The notes: a model not told the origin generated them from the sequence alone. Numbered from the stretch's first letter, positions 1-13,657 are shown. The stretch: 64,000 nt of DNA from Octopus sinensis (GCF_006345805.1 NC_043004.1:60636001-60700000); one strand, 5' to 3'. Numbers and translations: made by a program.

Positions 1-716
1 GAAGGCAGTATAATCCACGAACAAAAAATGTGACACGTTGATGGAGAGGAGTGAAAGAAATCGAATTACAAATCTAATTAATTCTATCTCATCAATTTTT
101 CTCGTAGTGCTGGCATCAATTCGAGGATTCAGTGAAACTCACTAACACACTCAGTGGGTTCGAAACCGGTTTATTGTGATTTTGAAATGAACCTCCTCAG
201 ACTTCGACCATCTTACGTTAATCGATCTCGTATAATCTTGTGATAAGCACAGTTACCAACCTACACAATAATACCTACCCGTATATATATATTATTGTAG
301 CAAACGACTCAGATATGATCACAAACTGATTGCATATAAAATCATTCAAGAATTAAGCAATACGCTTATACATATTAAGATATGCATGCATGCTTGTATG
401 TATGTATGTATGTATATGCATAAATGTATGTATATATATAATATATATTATATAATATAAGTTAACAATTAAGGATAATCTCTTAATAAGGGATCTTAAC
501 AAGAAATTATCGGGTAGTTAGCGTGAAAACCTCATAAAAGAAAAGAATTCGAAATAATTTTTTTCTTTTGAACAAATTAATTATATCTATATTGTATAGA
601 GGGCATTATTACACATAAATGCCTCACACTAAGAGGGACAAAGTCATTACTACCAAAATTATACTAATCATACCTAAATGCAGTTTTTCAAAGCAAGACA
701 TTCAAAAATGAATTTA

Positions 717-772
717 GTTCTGTATCACCGTGATTTCACATTCAACTTACGTCTTATGATCATCAGCAGAAC
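717..772 (-). ncRNA. Minimal type I hammerhead ribozyme (unit copy 1)
   Basis: Minus strand: GTTCTG-CTGATGA-tCAT..ATGt-GAAA-TCAC-G-GTGAT-A-CAGAAC. Stem I GTTCTG/CAGAAC, intact core, self-complementary stem III, AUA triplet. Confidence 0.8.
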
Positions 773-1192
773 TGATTCTGAACACGTCATAAATAAACTA
801 CCAACTTACGTAGCGAAGACGAACAGACAACTGCCCACTCCGGCCAAGCACATGGAATGTTTATAAATCATATATCCGGTAAATGGCGGGCTTTCTACGA
901 ACTGCATGTCGGGTAATGAAAAGTATTTCGGAATAAGTTTAACAATTAAGGATAATCTCTTAATAAGGGATCTTAACAAGAAATTATCGGGTAGTTAGCG
1001 TGAAAACCTCATAAAAGAAAAGAATTCGAAATAATTTTTTTCTTTTGAACAAATTAATTATATCTATATGTATAGAGGGCATTATTACACATAAATGCCT
1101 CACACTAAGAGGGACAAAGTCATTACTACCAAAATTATACTAATCATACCTAAATGCAGTTTTTCAAAGCAAGACATTTAAAAATGAATTTA

Positions 1193-1247
1193 GTTCTGTA
1201 TCACCGTGATTTCACATTCAACTTACGTCTTATGATCATCAGAGAAC
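1193..1247 (-). ncRNA. Minimal type I hammerhead ribozyme (unit copy 2)
   Basis: Same motif as 717-772, with a one-base deletion in stem I. Confidence 0.75.
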
Positions 1248-1664
1248 TGATTTGACACATCATAAATAAACTACCAACCTTACGTAGCGAAGACGAACAG
1301 ACAACTGCCCACTCCGGCCAAGCACATGGAATGTTTATAAATCATATACCCGTAAATGGCGGGCTTTCTACGAACTGCATGTCGGGTAATGAAAAGTATT
1401 TCGGAATAAGTTTAACAATTAAGGATAATCTCTTAATAAGGGATCTTAACAAGAAATTATCGGGTAGTTAGCGTGAAAACCTCATAAAAGAAAAGAATTC
1501 GAAATAATTTTTTTCTTTTGAACAAATTAATTATCTCTATATTGTAAGAGGGCATTATTACACATAAATGCCTCACACTAAGAGGGACAAGTCATTACTA
1601 CCAAAATTATACTAATCATACCTAAATGCAGTTTTTCAAAGCAAGACATTTAAAAATGAATTTA

Positions 1665-1720
1665 GTTCTGTATCACCGTGATTTCACATTCAACTTACGT
1701 CTTATGATCATCAGAAGAAC
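1665..1720 (-). ncRNA. Minimal type I hammerhead ribozyme (unit copy 3)
   Basis: Same motif as 717-772; core CTGATGA/GAAA intact, one stem I mismatch. Confidence 0.75.
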
Positions 1721-1929
1721 TGATTCTGAACACATCATAAATAAACTACCAACCTTACGTAGCGAAGACGAACAGACAACTGCCCACTCCGGCCAGCAAG
1801 CAATGGAATGTTATAAATCATATATCCGGTAAATGGCGGGCTTTCTACGAACTGCATGTCGGGTAATGAAAAGTATTTCGGAATAAGTTTACAATTAAGG
1901 ATAATCTCTTAATAAGGGATCTTAACAAG

Positions 1930-2081
1930 TGAATGTGAATCACGGTGATACAGAACTAAATTCATTTTTAAATGTCTTGCTTTGAAAAACTGCATTTAGG
2001 TATGATTAGTATAATTTTGGTAGTAATGACTTTGTCCCTCTTAGTGTGAGGCATTTATGTGTAATAATGCCCTCTATACAA
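1930..2081 (+). repeat. Inverted partial copy of the 475-bp unit
   Basis: TGAATGTGAATCACGGTGATACAGAAC...CCCTCTATACA is the reverse complement of the unit interior. It starts inside the ribozyme and ends in (TA)n. Confidence 0.9.
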
Positions 2082-2092
2082 TATATATATAT

Positions 2093-2162
<70 letters not shown>

Positions 2163-2582
2163 TACATATTTACATAATGCATACATACATATGTGTGTGT
2201 GCGTGTATGTGCGTGCGTGTGTAAAAGTAAGCATATTATATAAAACAGCTTGATTCAGTTTCCGTAAAGTGTGTACGTATGGGTGTACCTATGTACAGCT
2301 AATGTACTATACCTAAATGGCATTTAAGTTATCACGAGTATGATTATAAAGTACTATTCACGGATCTGTATTCCCCTCCTCCTTATCTCTATATACATAA
2401 TCTGTGTATCTGTGTGTGCGTGTATGTGAGTGTGTGTGAGTATATGTGTATGCACGTATATACATGAGCCAGGGTATGCGAATATATGTTTATACGAATG
2501 TCATAATGTCGGCATTTATACTTCACATATTTATGTATATACGCAGCTATTAGTATAACTACGTCTTAGATTACACAAATCT

Positions 2583-2850
2583 GTATGTATGTATGGATGT
2601 ATGGATGTATGTATGTATGTATGTACGTATGTATGTATGTATGTATGTATGTATGTATGTATGCATGTATGGATGTATGCATGTATGTATGTATGTATGT
2701 ATGTATGTATTCATGTATGTATGTATGTATGTTGTATGTATGCATGCATGTATGTATGCATGTATGTATGTATGTATTTATGCATGTATGTATGTATGTA
2801 TGTATGTATGCATGTATGTATGCATGTATGTATGTATGTATGTATGTATG
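2583..2850. repeat. (TATG)n microsatellite
   Basis: Direct reading. Confidence 0.95.
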
Positions 2851-3287
2851 TCTGACTCCGTGCGCTTGTGCACTTAAACATCTTTCTATTTGTGAGTTGC
2901 TCTGTGTAAAAATTACATTGTTTTTCTGACGTAGCTTATTTATAATTTGCTACTCAGTTTTTTATTATCTATTCCACACGGTACACGTTTATATTCTACC
3001 TAGTATTCCTTCATGCGACTAATAATCCTATTATTTTCGATCATCCTTCGAATAAAATTTCATTTCTTCCAACTGTCTTACTGATTACAGAACTAATTCT
3101 ATCTTCGTTTCTTCTTACAAGATTTCTATGCTTGTGTATTTGCGATTACCGACTATTTTTATATCATAATTTGCATGCATGCTTATTAAAGAAATGCGTA
3201 CTCACACACATAACGATGGAAATATATACATACAGACATATATACATAGACATATACATATATATAGATATATACAGATATATGTTG

Positions 3288-3322
<35 letters not shown>

Positions 3323-3636
3323 ATATACATACATATATGTATATATATATATATTATATATATATATATATTATATATATATATATATATATACGTACAT
3401 ATATATACACACACATGCACAAATATACACACATGTACACATGTACATTCATGCACAAACATATATATATATAATATATATATATAATACGTGTTTATAT
3501 ATATATATATAATACATACTTACATATGTATATATACATACCTATATACGTGTGCGCACACACATGCAAAGACACATACATATGTAAAAGAAGCTATATA
3601 TATAGAGAGAGATTTAAATATGTGGATATATATATA

Positions 3637-3706
<70 letters not shown>

Positions 3707-4255
3707 CATATACTCACAGAGTCTGTGGCACGCGCACACATACATATAATTCATGTATAAACGTATTTGTAATATTTATATCGATCCGTTTGTGTGTGCG
3801 TAACTGCGTACTTGTGCGTGCGTTTACCGGTTTGTATGTTTGTGTGAATATTAACTGTACTAAGAAACAACTTAGATGTCGGATTAACAGATTTCTACTT
3901 CTAAAAGGCATTAAACAATACAAGTGGATTACGGCTTATATATTTACGTATTACAAGGCACCCACGCAAAGAAATAGTTCCCTGCATGTATTCATACACA
4001 CATGAACTATATCTTATCATGTTTTAAACCTACTTCGGTTCTTACATTTGTTAAGCGTTATTGCTAATATCTCTTATCCTATTAGAGTTGGAATTATTTC
4101 GCATCCATATTGATGAAGCACCACCGGGACAGAGAATTATTTCGATTTGTCTGTCAATCAATTAATCGACTAAGTCAATCTACCGATCGATCAATCGGGC
4201 AATCAGCCTATCAGTCAATCTATTTATCTATCTATCTGTCTATCTATCTATCTAT

Positions 4256-7200
4256 TAAAATATCTCACAAAGAAACTGTAATGGGATCTTCTCGAGGACA
4301 AACCAACGGAGGAGAAAGCAAAAACTTTCGAGCAGTAAGTAACCCTCTGTATTCTAATTCATTAGAACTATGATCAAGATTGGTTGTGTAAATGCGCGTG
4401 GCTTGGGGTCCCCTTGGAAACAAGGGTACCTCTTAAATGACATAAAGTCACATAAGTTAGAAATCATAGCCATAAGCGAGACCAGACTCCACAATCCGCG
4501 GGCCCTAAAGACCATGTTTGGCGGACAGTTCAACATTTATTTTTCCCCCTGTCTGCCGAGAATGGCGGTAGTGGCACCGCGGTACTTGTTCACAAGAGTC
4601 TGGATCTCAAAGTAAGGACAATATTCGTAGACCCGGAGGGTAGACTGGTCGTCCTGGATGTCGACGGCAGCAATGGGTGCGCTTTTCGACTCGTATCAGT
4701 TTACGCACCGCCCTTAACAGGTCGGGCGGATTTCTTTCAACGTCTAGAAGTTTTCTTGGGAACGTCTCGTCCTTTACTCTTAGTGGGGGATTGGAATGCT
4801 ACCTTGGACACGCATGTAGACTACGAGGGTAGAGATAGGAATAGACGGGGATGCAAATGCCTCAGAGACCTGCTCTGACGCTTTCAACTGTCTGACAGGT
4901 TCCGACTAGACCACCCGAATGCGCCAACGTGGACATGGAGCAACCGCATCGGGTCGTCGAGATCGTATCTAGATAGGATACTGTGTAGGACAGTAGATAG
5001 AGATAGCATAGGATGTCCACAATTCCACATAGTCAGCTACACGGATCACAAACTTGTGACATGTACGCTAGACTTAGGTAAGACACTTAGGCAGGGTCCC
5101 GGATACTGGAAACTAAACGCGTCTTTCCCATCGAGACAAGTTTTCAGAGACCGGATTAGCACACTAGTAAAGAGGGCTTTGACGGGAGCCATCATCAACA
5201 ACAAATGGTGGTTTGTCCTCAAGAGAGCAGTAAAAGCAGAAGCGATTAGGTACAGCAAAGCACTAGCCATAGATAGAAATAGAGTAGAGGGTGAGCTAGT
5301 TAAGAAGCTAGAAGAGGCAATTAGAAGCGGCATCGCATCCGACGTTTTGGCGGCGAGGTTGGCCCTCGACCAACACTTCAACGCCAAACACGAAGGATGT
5401 GCTGTCAGAGCTAGGATGCGTGCTCTAAGGAACGAAGGTGTTGGAGCCGCGAGAGAGGCCCGGGTGGCAGAGGCGCAACAGGGCAACAAAGCCACCATTC
5501 GGTCACTGGTAGATGAACAGGGGCGCGAATTGCTCGAGCCAAGTAAAATGTGTGAGGCCTTTCAGCAGCATTTTGCCCGACTGTTCGGAACGAGTGGAGG
5601 GCAAGAACGTAGGGTGGACTTCAGTACCTACCTACATAACCTACCACGACTCTCGACAAGAAAAGCAGGTGCTGCGAAGGTGCCATCACCGGCGGCGGAA
5701 GTGCGGGAAGCGATGGCAGAATGCTCGAGGGACAAATCACCGGGTTTGGATGGTCTACCCTACGAGCTTTACAATTGTATGCCAGACTTGTTTGGAGATC
5801 TCTTGGCGGCGGTGTACTGCAACTGGCAGCAAAACGGGAGCATTCCTGGTTTTGTGAGCCGAGGAGCCGTAACACTGCTGAAGAAAGATCTAAACAAGGG
5901 AAATGTAATAGATAACTTTAGGCCCATCACTCTGCTTAATGCAGACTTGAAAATTTTGGCCAAGGTGCTAGCAAGAGGTTGGCGCTTGTCATCGAGAAAC
6001 TGGTCGACAAGGCGCAAACATGCGCCGTGCCAGGCCGGACCATCCATGACAACCTCCATCTGATGCGCTACATCATAGACAGGGTAGTTAACGAACCTGG
6101 CATGGGTGGGGCCCTGATCAACTTGGATCAATCGAAAGCCTTTGATAGGGTAGACCATCGATACTTGGAGGCAGTCCTGAGAGCGGCTGGTTTCGGTCCC
6201 GTCTTCCGCGGCTGGATAGCTGCCTTGTACAGAGGCATCCGTTCGGTAATTCGCGTAAATGGACATCTATCGAGACCTTTCGACATTGCACGTTCGGTCC
6301 GTCAGGGATGCCCCCTCTCGGCGCTTCTATACGTATTGACTCTTGAGCCACTACTGCGGAAGCTGGCGACTCTAAGGGGCATCCCGCGAGAATTGGGATG
6401 CGGGACGAGCGTGTCTGCATACGCGGACGACGTCACCGTCATAGTGTCTAGCCACGAGCACATCGAGCTGGTCGGCGGGACACTGAAAAACTACGAAGCG
6501 GTGACAGGAGCGAAAATCAACCGGGAAAAGTCAGTGGGCTGCGACTAGGTACCTGGAGAAGCAAGCCCATGCCGTCCACCAGCGCCTCCGTCGTGGGACG
6601 CTGGACCGACGGCCCGGTTGACTTGCTCGGGGTCTGGTTTGGTCCGGACCTCCAAGTGGGGAAGAACTGGAACGAGATAACGAGTAGGGTGGTCACTCTC
6701 GCCCGGCAATGGGCCGAGAGGAAACTGTCCCTAAAAGGTCGAGCGGAGGTGGCGAACACGTACATCGCGTCCGTCATCTACTACCGCCTGACCGTCGTAC
6801 CTTGTCCCGACCCTACCATCACCAAACTACAACGCATCCTCTTTCGCTTCTTGTGGAAAGGATGCGACCCGATGCTCAGGCGATCCATTTGCTGTCAACA
6901 CCCGTTAAAAGGAGGGCTGGCATGCCGTGGTTGATGATGCGCAGACACGCGCTGAGACTGCGACATCTCTGGCTCTATGTAGACGACGGTGAACAGGTGT
7001 GGTCGCCGTTTGTGAGGCACGCTTTCCCGCAGCTCGTCTCCATGACCGAACTGCAGTCGTGGATCAAAAAGAGGCCGAGGAAGGGCGAATGGCACCGCGA
7101 GTGTCGCGTTGCTCTCAAGCAACTCTGCCGTCCTGGGTCGACCTTAAGTGACTTCAACACAACCAAAGCATTCTATAGGGGTTTAGTGGAGGGGAGGTAC

Positions 7201-8182
7201 GACGACGAGCTCGGGGCGAGCCTGGACGTCGACGAGGAGTACCTGACCCGCCTGTTCAGGACGACTTTCGGGCCAGGGCCCATGGACAACTTCCAGAGAT
7301 CCCTGGCCTGGCAGTGCTACCGAGAAGCGCAACCCGTTCGGGATAAGCTCTACAGACACGGCTCGAGAAACACGGGGCCGACCTGCCCGAGATGCGGTCA
7401 GAGCGACGAAACCGTTCTGCACGCACTCGTTCAGTGTCCAACAATTTCCGACCTGTGGGCTTATGTCGAACAACTGCTGTCACGTGTGGGACGAGTCGGT
7501 TTATCAGCTGAGTCTATCGTCAATATTGTCACGCGCCTCCTTCCTTCAAACAGGAAGGAAGAGCTATTTTCATCATCCTTGTGGCTATGGCGAAAGAATG
7601 TATCTGGTGGACGCGTCTGAAAGGATTGGAGACAAACACTTTCCTCTCTGGTCAATCTCTCATCAACTTCTTCAAGTACCACTTGAAAAGGAAAGTGAGA
7701 GTAGAGAGGCAAGTTTTGTCTAGCGAATGTTTTAAAAAAAGATGGGTGAATGTAGCAAGAATGGCACGTATGAATGACGAAGCCACCTTGAGCATAGTCC
7801 TATGAACCCAGAAATCGAAAACAGAGAGTTGCTTATTTGCAAAAAAAAAAAAAAAAAAAGAAATATAAAATGTGACTTCATTGACCGAGGTTACCGTGGT
7901 CTTTTCCGTAGGCTTTTCTTTCCACGGGTAAACCTCACCTGTCCTCCCCTTTACACTTCATATTGACATTTCTGTGATAACGATCCCTATTGATCAATTT
8001 TTTTTTTTTCCTCTCCCCCTTTTCTTTTAACCTCCCCTTTTTTTTGTCCTCTTTCTCTCCTTTTACGATCCCTTTTGATCGAAACTCCCCCTTCCTTTTT
8101 TTTTTTTTAAACCTTCAAAAGAAAAGCTCTACCTTGTAATTTGTTCTATCTGTGTGCAGCCCTGTGTGGCTAATAAAGAAAC
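4256..8182 (+). mobile_element. Tx1/L1-clade non-LTR retrotransposon, 5'-truncated just upstream of ORF2, with 3' UTR
   Basis: Complete but frameshifted ORF2, then a T-rich 3' UTR ending CCCTGTGTGGCTAATAAAGAAAC. (TATC)n on both sides. Confidence 0.93.
4370..7805 (+). pseudogene. LINE ORF2 (APE endonuclease + reverse transcriptase + C-terminal zinc finger), disrupted
   Basis: APE motifs GCVNARGL, ISETR, GDWNA and TDHKLV. RT motifs FRPITLLNADLKILAK, LDQSKAFDRVDH, RQGCPLS and YADD. C-terminal CPRCGQSDETVLHALVQC. Split over several frames. Confidence 0.92.
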
Positions 8183-8190
8183 ATATCTAT

Positions 8191-8243
<53 letters not shown>

Positions 8244-8280
8244 CATCTATCTGTCTATCTATCTATCTATCTATCTATCA

Positions 8281-8310
<30 letters not shown>

Positions 8311-8311
<1 letters not shown>

Positions 8312-8910
8312 CCACTTGAAAAGTAAAGTGAGAGTAGAGAGGCAAGTTTTGTCTAGCGAATGTTTTAAAAAAAGATGGGTGAATGTAGCAAGGATGGCAC
8401 GTATGAATGACGAAGCCACCTTGAGTATAATCCTATGAACCCAGAAATTGAAAACAGAGGGTTACCCACTTGCAAACAAATGTGGTAACATATAACAATA
8501 TTGACCAAGGTTACCGTGGTGTTTTTCGTAGGCTTTTCTTCCCACGGATAAACCTTACTTGCTTTCCCCTTTACACCATATATCATAACACTGTGATACA
8601 CGATCCCTATTGATCGTTCTTTTTTTCCTCTTCCCCTTTTTTTCCCCTTTTTTCTTCTTTTTTTCATTTCTCTTTCCTTTTGTTCCTTTTCCTTTTCTTT
8701 TTTTTCTTTTTATTCTTTTTATTTTATTCAATTTTTGTTGTTTTTTTTGTTTTTGTTCTTTTCTTCCCTTTTACGATCCCTCTTGATCGAAAACCTACGC
8801 CACCCCCATTTTTTTTCTTTTGTTTTTTGTTCTCTTCATCCCCCAAAAGAAAAGCTCTACCTTGTAACTTGTCCCATCTGTGTGCAGCCCTGTGTGGCCA
8901 ATAAAGAAAC
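8311..8910 (+). mobile_element. 5'-truncated Tx1 copy (ORF2 C-terminus + 3' UTR)
   Basis: Matches ~7679-7805 and the 3' UTR of the 50938 copy; (TATC)n on both sides. Confidence 0.92.
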
Positions 8911-8980
<70 letters not shown>

Positions 8981-9100
8981 GTCTATCTATCTATTCATGC
9001 ATCTATCTATCTATCTGTCTATCTATTTATCTATCTTTGCATGTCTGTGTCTGAGTCTATGTATGTGTATGCATGTATGTTTGTATGTATTTATGTGTTT

Positions 9101-9570
9101 GTGTTTGTCTCCCACCATCGCTTGACAACCGATGTTGATGTACCTACGTCCCCATTACTTAGCGGTTCGGCGAAAGGACTGATAGAATATGTACTAGGCT
9201 TACAAAGAATAAGTCTTGGGGTCGATTTCTTCGACTAAAGGCAGTGCTCCATCATGGCCTTAGTCAAATTACTGAAACAAGTAAATGAGCATATATATAT
9301 GTATGTATATATATAAATATATATATGTATGTTTGTATGTATATGAATATATATGCAGGTATGTCTGTATGCATTTATGTGTATGTCTCCCCACCATCGC
9401 TTCACAACCGATGTTGGTGTGTTTATGTCTCCATAACTTAGCTGTTCGGTAAAAGCAACCGATAGAATATGTACTAGGATTACAAAGAATAAGTCTTGCG
9501 ATCGATTTCTTCGAGTAAAGGCGATGCTGCATCATGGCCGTAGTCAAATTACTGAAACAAGTAATAGAAT
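9101..9570 (+). mobile_element. Two 3' halves of the main tRNA-derived SINE
   Basis: CTTGACAACCGATG...GCTTACAAAGAATAAGTC...ACTGAAACAAGTAA occurs twice (9101-9285, 9381-9570). Confidence 0.85.
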
Positions 9571-9836
9571 ATATATATGTATATATATAAATATATATAT
9601 GTATATATATGTGTGTGTAACTCTGTGTGTGTGTGTATACATACATACATGTATATATGCGTGTGTGTATGTATATTAATGTAAGTTTATCTAGTTACCT
9701 ACATATATATGTATCAATCTGTTTATCTTTTTACCTGTGTGTCGAAGTAAGTGCTTACATATCCACCCCTCTATATACCTCTCTTTCTTACCTATTTCTC
9801 TGTGCGTGTATCTCTGTGTATATGCGTAGATGTGTG

Positions 9837-11350
9837 TGTACATGTCAAAATTCTTTGTTTATTTAATTTCTAATAAGCATAAATGGGATATACCAATATT
9901 ATATTTGCATACACATGCATAAACTAAGAATATGCAAAAGAAACTAATAAATTATAGTAACTATTGAATTTATATTCAATTGTAAATATTTAGGGGTGCA
10001 AAAGTATTCTTACAGAACATAAATAACTGATAATTCTAATTTAATACTTCGTAGCATAACCATTATTCAGTTCCACTTCAACCAATCTCTTCTTGTAGTT
10101 CTTAATCAATGACTCGCATGTTTCTTTAGGAATTTTTTCCCATTCTTCTTGACGAATTTTCTTCAAATCTACAAAGCACGCTGGGGCTCTTGAATGAATT
10201 TTAATTTTCAAATAACGCAACAAATTTTCAATGGGGTTCAAGTCAGGTGACTGGCTTGGCCATTTTAATAATTTTATATTGTGATCGACAATCCATTTTT
10301 GGTAGACTTCGCCGTGTGCTTAGGGTCGTTATCCTGTTATAAAACCCACCCTTCACAAAGCTGGTGCTTTTCTACAGAGTCCCATAAATTATTATTCAAA
10401 ATATTTTGGCACATCTCTGCATTCATTCTACCATCTATCACATGTAAATTGCCAGTATCATTTGCAGAGAAACACCCCCACACCATGATGTTGCCACCTC
10501 CAAACTTTGCGGTAGGAATTGTGCTTTTCGGCGAATAGGCGGTATCATATTTCCTCCAAATATGGCTACGCGAATTTCGTCCAAACAATACAATTTTCGA
10601 CTCGTCTGTCCATAGAATATTTTCCCAGAATGTATCAGATTTATTTTTATGTTCATAAACAAATTTTAAACGGGCATCTCTATGCCTTTTAGTTAACAGC
10701 GGAGTTTTTCCTATGAAGTTCATTGCTGATTGTTCATAGTGTAACACTAGTCCCTGAAGCTAATAAATCTTCTTGCAACTCCTTTCTGGTAATCATTGCG
10801 TTTTTTTCGATTCTTCGCTACATTTTTCTTAAAGATCTAAGGGAAATCTTGCGTGGTGCACCGGATCTTATTCTGTTTTCAACAGTTCCTGATTTTTTTT
10901 ATATGTTTGAATAAATGAAGATATGGTAGAAAATGAAAAACAAAGGGTCTCTGATATTTTCCTGTAACTTTTACCTGCTTTCCACTGTTCAATAATTAAT
11001 CTTTTCACTGAATTTGTGAGTTCTTTACTTTTCGCTATTATTACGATACTACTTTATGTTGTCTCAGTGCTAAATGAAAAAGCTAGCGTTTTGACACTTA
11101 AACATGACAACTGATAAGCTTATTGGAACAAACGAGCAAGTTCTAGTAAAAAAAATTATTTTTACAGTATTTTGTGGCATAGAAAATCATACCCCTAAAT
11201 ATTTATAATTGTATATAAATCCATTAGTTACCATAATTTATTATTTTCTTTTGCATAATCTGAGTTTATCCCATTTGTATATCCCATTTATATTCATTAG
11301 AAATTAAGTAAAGAATTTTGAAATGTACGAATATTTATTTCCCCCCACTG
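9837..11350 (-). mobile_element. Tc1-family (DD34E) DNA transposon, degraded, with ~160-bp terminal inverted repeats
   Basis: Right end reads TA|CAGTGGGGGG on the minus strand. 11188-11350 is the inverted match of 9837-9998; the outer tip of the left TIR is lost. Confidence 0.9.
10041..11040 (-). pseudogene. Tc1 transposase remnant
   Basis: N-terminal AKSKELTNSVKRLII; WTDESK, FGGGNIMVWGCF, QDNDPKH and NPIEN..WEKIP motifs; stops and frameshifts. Confidence 0.9.
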
Positions 11351-11535
11351 TATATCTGTATGTGTGTCTGTATATGTGATGACATGTGTGCGTGCTTGCG
11401 CTGAAACAGACCTCGGTGTTGAAAGATTCGTAGCAAATACTGCGAGGGAACCTATGAAACACACTACGAACTTACCAAATCACCATACTCACGCGAAACA
11501 ATTAGTAAGCGACCAACAATCAGTAAGTGACCAAA

Positions 11536-11918
11536 GGAGGCGCAATGGCCCAGTGGTTAGGGCAGCGGACTCGCGGTCAGAGGATCGCGGTTTCGATTCC
11601 CAGACCGGGCGTTGTGAGTGTTTATTGAGCGAAAACACCTAAAGCTCCACGAGGCTCCGGCAGGGATGGTGTTGATCCCTGCTGTACTCTTTCACCACAA
11701 CTTTCTCTCACTCTTACTTCTTGTTTCTGTTGTACCTGTATTTCAAAGGGCCGGCCTTGTCACTCTCTGTGTCACGCTGAATATCCCCGAGAACTACGTT
11801 AAGGGTACACGTGTCTGTGGAATGCTCAGCCACTTACACGTTAATTTCACGAGCAGGCTGTTCCGTTGGTCGGATCAACTGGAACCCTCATCGTCGTAAC
11901 CGACGGAGTGCTTCCATC
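11536..11918 (+). mobile_element. Full-length tRNA-derived SINE (second family) with 10-bp target-site duplication
   Basis: A box TGGCCCAGTGG and B box GGTTTCGATTCCC. AAGTGACCAA at 11525-11534 and 11919-11928. Confidence 0.88.
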
Positions 11919-13461
11919 AAGTGACCAACAGAAATATTTCCTTACCCTCACGCGAAATCGTAATCTTTGACATACGACTATTTGCAACACACATGCCAGA
12001 CCGCTAATAGTAAATCTCAACTATGCGGTTAAACTTCGCCATACCTAGCGACATAGTGTGTATTAGCTTCCGTATTTTTTTTTTACGTGTGAGTGTGGAA
12101 AACCGATTCCTACAACGTACAGCGAGTCTGTGTGTAAATCCTCGGCGTAATTCTTTAACCATGTATGCATAATTCATCAGTACAAGTTTTGGAAATAGTC
12201 AACGCTCTCTCGTAATTTACCTAAAACATTCTCATAGCCTTTTCCTTCGCTCTCATTTATTATGTACATTCACCATCATCTAAGGTACTTTCGTTGATTT
12301 ATTCTCGTTCCTTCATTGTTACATTATCTCAACCGTTAATCCACGTTCAATATCCTTCGCTTTCAGTCATTCATATTCACGTTTACGTTTATTTGCTTTA
12401 CTTTTTTTTTATTTTTATCACTTTTTTTTTTCTTTTTGGTGTGGAGCGGCTACCTAGTTAGTTAGTCACTCTCTACAATATTCGTTCGCATTCATTAATT
12501 CTAGTTTCATTATTCATCATTGTCTCATTTAATTTATTCGTTTATTATTATCATTAATATTATCATCCTTCCTTTACTTCTTCTTCTTCTTCTTCTTATT
12601 ATTATTATTATTATTATTATTATATTATATTATTATTATTACTATTATTATTATTATTCGATTTCCCCTAATGATCGAAGCACTGTCTTCTCTAAATTCA
12701 TGAACACTTCCTTCATCTTTTACCTGATTTTCTCTTGCAATTCAACAGTTCATTTCCTATTCCGGTTAGATAGGGAAATAACATCACTATACATCAATAC
12801 CATCTCCTCTACTTTTCTTTTTAACTTCTAACACCTAAGTGTTTACTAAAATGGCGGTTGCTCCATAATAACTGCCACAATAATAAATGGTCTCATAACG
12901 GCCGTTCTGCATTGATAGGCGCCGACACAAGATAGAATTTAGCACTAATGACTTGGACATTTCTTGCATATTAATGGCCTAAACTACCACCTCTTCATAC
13001 ACACACTGCGACGTACTAACATATGACCTACTTTCATAAGAATTAAAAAGCAATGAAGGCATACGTAGTTCTTCAGATAAAATAAATATTTCCTCTGCAA
13101 TATACATATATGTTTGTGTCGATGTAATATATACACATGGAAAAATTCAGCAATTAATGGACAATAAACGACCAATAACAACTTAGAACGAAAATATATA
13201 ATGAATCCTCCTATTCTATATATAGAAGGAAGACATACGACCACGATTAAACTAGGCTGGTAGTATCAAGGTGATAAAAATAACTTCAAGAACTGGCAGA
13301 AAATCGAAATGTTTGGAGAAAAATATTCGTGAATCACCTGTAGATAAGGGATAAAAGCTATATGCACGTAAATACGAACATAATTCAATGTATGCATACA
13401 TATCATTCCATCCATCCATCCATCCATCATTACATACGTATATATATACACACACACACAT

Positions 13462-13462
13462 A

Positions 13463-13525
<63 letters not shown>

Positions 13526-13599
13526 TTGTCTATCTATCTGTCTGTCTATTGATCTCTCTATCTATCTATCTATCTATCTAACCATCTATCAATCAATCA

Positions 13600-13657
<58 letters not shown>

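Larger units (their letters stand above)
459..1929 (-). repeat. Tandem array of ~475-bp non-coding units (3 full + partial), each with a hammerhead ribozyme; Penelope pLTR/retrozyme-like
   Basis: TTAACAATTAAGGATAATCTC recurs at ~462, 939, 1412 and 1889. Copies differ mainly by single-base indels. (TA)-rich left flank. Confidence 0.9.

Noticed and set aside
130-172. Stem plus GAAACCGGTT, hammerhead-like
   Set aside because: No recognisable CUGANGA core or stem I.
678-1832. ORFs MQFFKARH... (62 and 68 aa) in the tandem units
   Set aside because: The frame is not conserved across the three copies, there are no recognisable motifs, and they are antisense to the ribozyme strand.
459-1929. CRISPR or tRNA/rRNA gene interpretation of the arrays and SINE heads
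   Set aside because: No repeat-spacer structure; the tRNA-like heads continue into SINE bodies and lack a full cloverleaf.
4368-4373. ATGA overlap suggesting coupled ORF1 stop / ORF2 start
   Set aside because: The upstream ORF1 frame cannot be established, and the 27041 copy has a different junction.
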